Shown here one piece after another: positions 38,501 to 41,187 of a DNA stretch of 41,187 bases (the first letter of the stretch is position 1; every line of letters starts with the position of its first letter). The notes under the pieces were generated by a model. The model searched no databases. It saw only the letters and a program-made list of their open reading frames with translations, and was not told where the DNA came from. The position numbers and the translations under genes were made by a program. Source of the stretch: an uncultured Planctomycetia bacterium (lineage in GTDB: Bacteria; Omnitrophota; Gorgyraeia; Kaelpiales; Kaelpiaceae); assembly GCA_964627735.1 (NCBI GenBank), contig CAZVIC010000001.1, forward strand, positions 1 to 41,187, in the 5' to 3' direction.

Positions 38501-38736
38501 GTGGCCAACCTAATAAGCAACCAGCAGATATTCTTACTAATTTTGAGGTTGGGCGTATGATTTGGAATGGATATACTGGTGCTGCTGGTTGGCTATTTCG
38601 TCAATCAATGGAAGGTGTTGTAGGAGCATCTCTTGTAGATAATAAATTGGTAATACCAGATGATATCAACAAACCTAGAGGCGTGCTAAGAGTAGAGAAG
38701 GTTTCTAGAGATATAACTAGGAGCCCTCTAAGTTAG
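32533..38736 (+). CDS. giant multidomain membrane protein: exported N-terminal domain + ~18-20 TM helices + C-terminal GH94-family glucan phosphorylase module (1,2-beta-oligoglucan / cellobiose phosphorylase / cyclic-glucan-synthase C-terminus type)
   Basis: Uninterrupted 2,067-aa ORF. Signal/anchor helix at aa ~14-31, a hydrophilic beta-rich domain at aa ~35-200, and hydrophobic helices at aa ~205-986 with only short loops. The soluble region aa ~1000-2067 carries GH94-type motifs: FGFRDQLQD (aa 1636-1644), TGDWNDGLD (aa 1779-1787), RENGMYCHGVQW (aa 1929-1940), YTGAAGW. It also has the PRPYDHAMSN...NRLTPDWSDTVTREIPGEAIYLYD beta-sandwich signature. Confidence 0.85.
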   Translation: MRIKKALFKKNNYYLGIIVFFLVSFFFSLPGFSKSNADNSFGILDSNQKGTFNIGIALGSTDRVFDESLDKDILRFKYWLPQGSIVGVWTKGYPDGLGKENVDAVKVSLRALSKKQLEEVAVKMEIKGSSSMQSIPLVLKNGWSCFQEEVAWNTIGDLQEVCFVVTTISGLDDATISKDVSGDKALEGFLFFDVEFYKQSFLHKNYIFFRLALVLLLSIIIGFVVNLVTKSLKMKPKKRKLAAKAKPISSDISTLTKIKRDLLYGLTSALIVAVAFGVCFLSTICPLSNGFSLEFIFFGLIGAVISELLKFTITGRHLSPFQAFKNALIVGLLAASSSRLGILFAPSTFGQVLMLNRYIAVIIFLIYQMSNARSLAIDGKHVGVFTSFSIILTPYIFNWLMLLQTPILLGQLGNILTLGVLSSFQGFLEALGRVIVLFGFNEAIANGFSLVIKKELLKKRKLHLFILLISVGVVLAPVIADLGSTAKVGSLPEVVKIFVVILTTMFSFAGLWGIVYFLTGIALDYGRRIAPSWESVTSHVKTGVKKGMAYSALLMGFIYSVYLLLDFNILQLVAEKTPLFLGVFIGALTLPLFKTIIETFDGSLPFFQRARYNYRDHVLYARGVILGLGVAYALSNDFINWGMSNRVLFGAVLGIFSSAGISILRDVFYKSKSQGRIQSWRRYLVDAILGAFIGSALAFYLDALQVPVVVEKFKLYTSSGFKAVEYITYPLVNRWGRIDLGNYSGGVRLLFDESLAGVINWAVAAWLFAINKVFLLALFEKHKTPIKFFFSREGLSQLIEHMIYVLRWGLWMSPIIFTFLRMMPDPTWYNQDGAIRTLFAIYHNLTMSDQAFRQWSLNLFVYVLAFDFFRVLIWMDHMGLRVATLVNLSFIGLDKLDDKVARFIKMDTAQRYIPEAVKRFCTWGPLLIPFYIPRGEDWNYAWNKSGAIRDSLGGGIFAFLEGVRLHQMLLSFIVAIFVFSVASFLIRSFRRRSKKKCIKVYHLANKVGYRTFLKENGEIYSQVDHKKSSVYPPEYDITRRSYDLIDPCGRILYLVDTSVESNQRYWPVVGNFPEDKFRSSKISANLNSLKVVNSSNGIETTVDITLPNQDSRVEIWKINIKNLKNDKRNLKVVPYLEWVLNGGLHDRFHTQYARLFPEMEYVSGFNTLLSWQKCTNSMGILATDVSPEGILFSRMDFIGRAQSIWHPRVLDTLDFMKAQNTERYPTFDPIGSLMLNVDLDPKSSKTIHLMIGYEESRSSALDLVKRTLKPKQTAVDYEPKREKKLLIGHGEILPGTPQPYSEYVENGNKILVRTPYTPRPYDHAMSNSLGHSVMVTNRGLHTSCNGNSQQNRLTPDWSDTVTREIPGEAIYLYDIDENRWYSPTYFPLNDNSVKNTSEFSVDGSAVFNMKGKDISTELTVFVPPDEPLGVYLLKIKNNSGRKKRFRVAPYFQMVLEFMPERSGELLINYDKDNDAILFHNPRNMFRKGWAFVSSSIHSESIETKRGRFFGSGRGVTKPFMVEKGRADSTQLCDDSQIAALLNTVDIPAGGDCTVAFILGQTDKRDEALKLVKKYKSLDYVNKSLDNTRSWWLSFVETVEVKTNQVEFDRYQNWLKYQALAERIWARRGFYQTSGAFGFRDQLQDSVNLIWVDPMLARKQIILHASHQFFEGDVYHWFFTQLDGRTAFACRSHASDNPLWLSWAIVEYVRMTGDNSLLDETASYVWSEFPFADLPHNKTGWGHIYHRSTRAESIYKHALRSIDLILEKRLGEHGIPLIRTGDWNDGLDEIGSEGRGESIWLGFFLYYILRHMLPIIEKEEGLDRKEHYLRKLQKLENALEGTWREDRYLRAIHDDGTEIGIKDSGVWEIDALTAAWAVKAGVNLERSLIVFHTALEVLEKEDVVLLGWPALREDTKPYLGRSSRYPEGVRENGMYCHGVQWLIKASRVLAERFEKLGDYKKADEYRAISYRLWRKITPIDHVIGDKIEIYGGQPNKQPADILTNFEVGRMIWNGYTGAAGWLFRQSMEGVVGASLVDNKLVIPDDINKPRGVLRVEKVSRDITRSPLS

Positions 38737-38775
38737 TTTTCAATCGATTGATAATAGTCTTTTTAAAAACTCTTA

Positions 38776-38805
38776 TTGATTTTTTTAGCATTTAGTTGTT
38801 ATATT
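38776..38805 (+). promoter_or_regulatory. possible promoter TTGATT-18 nt-(TGT)TATATT upstream of the small basic ORF and the IMPase gene
   Basis: Read directly. The TGn extended -10 box may compensate for the 18-nt spacer. Confidence 0.3.
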
Positions 38806-38835
38806 GCTGTATGCTTTTAAGAAAAGGAGGTAGTT

Positions 38836-38925
38836 ATGAGCAAGAAGTTGACAAGAGGATTGAAGGGTAGAAGAAGAAGAAAGAGAATGTCTGGAAAGCC
38901 TAACAAAAACAAGAAGGAAAAATAG
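38836..38925 (+). CDS. unlisted 29-codon ultra-basic small ORF (MSKKLTRGLKGRRRRKRMSGKPNKNKKEK); possibly a bS22-like small ribosomal protein or a leader peptide
   Basis: Canonical SD AAAGGAGG lies 5 nt before the ATG. 16 of 29 residues are Lys/Arg. The stop TAG (38923-38925) is 1 nt before the TTG start of the next gene. Confidence 0.45.
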   Translation: MSKKLTRGLKGRRRRKRMSGKPNKNKKEK

Positions 38926-38926
38926 T

Positions 38927-39721
38927 TTGAATCTAAAGAAGATCCTTAAGTCTTCTCAAGGCGCTGCTATTGCTGCAGGGGATTATGTTCTATCTAATCT
39001 TGGTAAGATAAAAAATATTGAGTTTAAAGGCGAACGTAATTTAGTTACTGAAGTAGACAAAAGATCTGAGGAGATGATAAAGAGCTTTCTCTTTAAAAAA
39101 TACCCCGCTTTTAATTTTGTAGGTGAAGAGTCTGGAGGAGATATTAATAGTGAGTATTACTGGTTGGTTGATCCTATAGATGGTACAAATAACTTCTCTC
39201 ATACTTTTCCAGTTTTTTGTATTTCGATAGCGTTATTAAAAGATAAGAATCCTATTCTTGGAGTTATCTATGATCCAACACGAAAAGAGATTTTTTCGGC
39301 AATATTAAAAGACGGTGCTTATTTAAATGGAAAGAAAATATCGGTTTCGAAAGTAGATAAGGTAAGCCGTAGTTTAGTTGCAACTGGGTTTTATTATGAT
39401 TTCAAAGATCAGTCAGATACTAATATAGAACATTTTTCTAATTTTATATACCATGCTCAGGGTATACGCAGATGTGGTGCTGCAGCTTTGGATCTTGCTT
39501 ATGTTGCTTCTGGTAGACTGGATGGTTTTTGGGAGCTCGGTTTAAATCCCTGGGATACTGCAGCCGGAATTCTCCTTGTTGAAGAGGCTGGAGGTAGGGT
39601 TACTCGAATGGATGGAGAAGATTTTAACCCTTTTTATCCTAATATATTGTCTTCCAATGGGCTCTTACACCAGGAGATGTTGCGAATTTTGTCTTTAAAA
39701 GATAAGCTTGGTAAGAATTAG
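38927..39721 (+). CDS. suhB: inositol monophosphatase family protein (SuhB/IMPase-like)
   Basis: VGEESGG, WLVDPIDGTNNF, RRCGAAALDLAYVASGRLDGFWE, WDTAAG. TTG start. Confidence 0.88.
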   Translation: MNLKKILKSSQGAAIAAGDYVLSNLGKIKNIEFKGERNLVTEVDKRSEEMIKSFLFKKYPAFNFVGEESGGDINSEYYWLVDPIDGTNNFSHTFPVFCISIALLKDKNPILGVIYDPTRKEIFSAILKDGAYLNGKKISVSKVDKVSRSLVATGFYYDFKDQSDTNIEHFSNFIYHAQGIRRCGAAALDLAYVASGRLDGFWELGLNPWDTAAGILLVEEAGGRVTRMDGEDFNPFYPNILSSNGLLHQEMLRILSLKDKLGKN

Positions 39722-39755
39722 TTTAAGTTGTGCAAATTGTTTTAATAAAGTTGTT

Positions 39756-39783
39756 TTGATTTTTTAATTTGATGTGTTAGAAT
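39756..39783 (+). promoter_or_regulatory. promoter TTGATT-16 nt-(TGT)TAGAAT upstream of the tRNA-Met/tRNA-Val pair
   Basis: Read directly. The -10 box ends 19 nt before tRNA-Met. Confidence 0.4.
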
Positions 39784-39802
39784 GTACCGTTGCTGATTGA
39801 TC

Positions 39803-39875
39803 GGTCCCGTAGCTCAATTGGCAGAGCAGCTGACTCATAATCAGTTGGTTCCAGGTTCAAGTCCTGGCGGGACCA
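39803..39875 (+). tRNA. tRNA with CAT anticodon, elongator-type Met (tRNA-Ile2/lysidine not excluded)
   Basis: Acceptor GGTCCCG/CGGGACC with a paired 1-72, so not an initiator. D arm GCTC-AATTGGCA-GAGC, anticodon arm GCTGA-CTCATAA-TCAGT, T arm CCAGG-TTCAAGT-CCTGG. Confidence 0.9.
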
Positions 39876-39902
39876 GCTTAGAGTGATTTAAGAGTGTTGA
39901 GC

Positions 39903-39976
39903 GGGCGGTTAGCTCAGTTGGCTAGAGCGCCACGTTCACATCGTGGATGTCGGAGGTTCAAGTCCTCTATCGCCCA
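39903..39976 (+). tRNA. tRNA-Val (anticodon CAC)
   Basis: Acceptor GGGCGGT/ATCGCCC, D arm GCTC-AGTTGGCTA-GAGC, anticodon arm CCACG-TTCACAT-CGTGG, T arm GGAGG-TTCAAGT-CCTCT. Confidence 0.92.
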
Positions 39977-39990
39977 ATTGGTTATTTTAT

Positions 39991-40710
39991 ATGAAAGTAC
40001 AAGATTTTAAAAAACAGATTGAGTTTTTAAAAGAGCTTCAGAATTATGATTCTAAGCTCCATGATTTAAATTTTCGTAAAGAGGATATGCCTAAAAAGCT
40101 TCAAGATTTTAGAAATGGATTGGATCAGAAAAAAGAAGATATTGATAAGATTGAAGAAGAGAGTAAAGACCTGCAGGTTAAGATAAAAGATAAGGAGCTA
40201 GAACTTCAAGCTGCTGAAGAGGGAATTCAAAAGTTTAAACAACAGCTTCTCCAGATAAAAACTAATAAAGAGTACAAAGCTCTCTTAAGCGAGATAGATG
40301 GTAAAAAGGCTGATAATTCATGCATTGAAGATGAAATATTAAAATTGATGGATAGCCTAGATGAAGTAGGGACAGTTCTTAATAGAGAGAAGGGTGAGCT
40401 TAAGAAGCTTGAAGAGGAGTTTCAGCAGGAAGAGAACAAGGTTAAGCAAGAGATAGTTGTGGTTGAAGAGGATATCAAATCTCAAAAAGCAGAGAGAGAT
40501 AAAATTGCTCAAGAGGTGGATTCTGAAATCCTCTCTATATATGAAAGATTGATTGAAAGTAAAGAATGTTTAGCCGTTGTTCCAGTTATTGATGGTGCCT
40601 GCGGCGGCTGTCATCTAAGTCTTCGCCCTCAAACAATAAACGAGATAAAAAAGGCAGACAATACTGTGACTTGTGAGCGCTGCTCTAGGATGTTCTATCT
40701 CGATGAGTAG
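39991..40710 (+). CDS. coiled-coil protein with C-terminal C4 zinc ribbon (COG1579/DUF164-like)
   Basis: The ATG at 39991 (MKVQDFKKQIEFL...) is preferred because the listed 39943 start lies inside tRNA-Val. Long heptad region, then CGGCHLSLRPQ...CERCSRMFY. Confidence 0.75.
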   Translation: MKVQDFKKQIEFLKELQNYDSKLHDLNFRKEDMPKKLQDFRNGLDQKKEDIDKIEEESKDLQVKIKDKELELQAAEEGIQKFKQQLLQIKTNKEYKALLSEIDGKKADNSCIEDEILKLMDSLDEVGTVLNREKGELKKLEEEFQQEENKVKQEIVVVEEDIKSQKAERDKIAQEVDSEILSIYERLIESKECLAVVPVIDGACGGCHLSLRPQTINEIKKADNTVTCERCSRMFYLDE

Positions 40711-41116
40711 TTTTAAGCTTTATTCAGACGGTTCTTCTAGAGGCAACCCTGGTCCGGCTGGGATTGGTGTTGTTATTAAGGATCCTCAGGGGGTTATCGT
40801 AAAAAAAGTCTCTTTTTCTATTGGTTCTAGTACAAATAATGTTGCTGAATATCTAGCTCTTATTGTTGGTCTTACTGAGGCGTTGATTTTGGGAATAGAT
40901 GATTTAAAGGTGTTTTTAGATAGCGAACTGTTAGTTAAGCAGGTTAAGGGTGAGTACAAGACGAAGAAAGAACATTTAAAACCCCTTCTTATGAATATAA
41001 AATATTTATTGAGTAATTTTAAGAAGATAGATCTTAATCATGTTTTACGGGAGAACAATAAGGAGGCCGATAGGCTTGCTTATTCTGCTACAGAATCCAA
41101 GGATGTTCTATTTTAA
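40703..41116 (+). CDS. rnhA: ribonuclease H (type 1, RNase HI-like)
   Basis: The ATG at 40703 overlaps the upstream stop by 8 nt (ATGAGTAG). DEDD pattern: LYSDGSSRGNPGPAGIG, NNVAEYLAL, FLDSELLV, NKEADRLA. Confidence 0.85.
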   Translation: MSSFKLYSDGSSRGNPGPAGIGVVIKDPQGVIVKKVSFSIGSSTNNVAEYLALIVGLTEALILGIDDLKVFLDSELLVKQVKGEYKTKKEHLKPLLMNIKYLLSNFKKIDLNHVLRENNKEADRLAYSATESKDVLF

Positions 41117-41117
41117 A

Positions 41118-41187
41118 GAGGCAGGTTGGATGGCCGCTCTTTCTTTTGAAGGAGAGGAAAGTCCGAACTCAGAGGGTGAGTGTATTC
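41118..41187 (+). ncRNA. rnpB: RNase P RNA (bacterial type A), 5' portion truncated by the window end
   Basis: P3-like hairpin CTCTTTC-TTTT-GAAGGAG followed by the universally conserved AGGAAAGTCCG..CTC.GAGGG..AG block (compare E. coli GGAGGAAAGUCCGGGCUCCAUAGGGCAG). Confidence 0.7.

Noticed and set aside
38740-38751. Perfect 12-nt palindrome TCAATCGATTGA just after the giant gene, considered as a terminator or operator
   Set aside because: It has no loop, is AT-rich with weak stem stability, and the following T-run is short. This is not convincing as a Rho-independent terminator. I saw no clear intrinsic terminators anywhere in the window.
39943-39990. N-terminal extension of the Zn-ribbon ORF (MDVGGSSPLSPNWLFY)
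   Set aside because: It overlaps the T arm and acceptor of tRNA-Val. The internal ATG at 39991 gives a sensible N-terminus.

Overview
This is an AT-rich, very gene-dense 41-kb bacterial chromosomal segment. Every feature I can support lies on the + strand: about 45 CDS, four tRNAs (Gly-CCC, Asp-GTC, Met-CAT, Val-CAC) and the 5' end of RNase P RNA. Many gene junctions are 1-20 nt overlaps. Most of the content is housekeeping: thiE-thiC, aroB, lptC/A-lptB-hpf, tig-clpP, serine biosynthesis, purA, a K+-dependent-type membrane pyrophosphatase, uppS-cdsA-dxr-rseP-ispG-proS, an IMPase and RNase H. LPS-transport genes indicate a diderm. A small basic protein of the type I associate with Planctomycetes/Verrucomicrobia-like lineages hints at a PVC-group or candidate-phylum organism such as Omnitrophota; that is inference only. 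The accessory-looking part is 30.0-38.9 kb. tRNA-Asp is followed by a perfect 23-bp direct repeat of its 3' end. The two repeat copies bracket a 712-bp islet that carries one orphan secreted protein and no integrase. Next come a GT-C (PMT/ArnT-like) membrane glycosyltransferase and a 2,067-aa protein. That protein joins an exported N-terminal domain, about 18-20 transmembrane helices and a complete GH94 glucan-phosphorylase module, with no room for a glycosyltransferase domain. This architecture is my top candidate for an undescribed glucan synthesis or transport machine. Other points worth a second look are an unlisted 29-codon ultra-basic ORF coupled to the IMPase gene, a split PF01637-type ATPase (frameshift at AUU-UAA-A), an apparently leaderless GAF/HD-GYP operon, and an LptC-LptA fusion with no rpoN between lptB and hpf. 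I found no CRISPR array, transposase or integrase.
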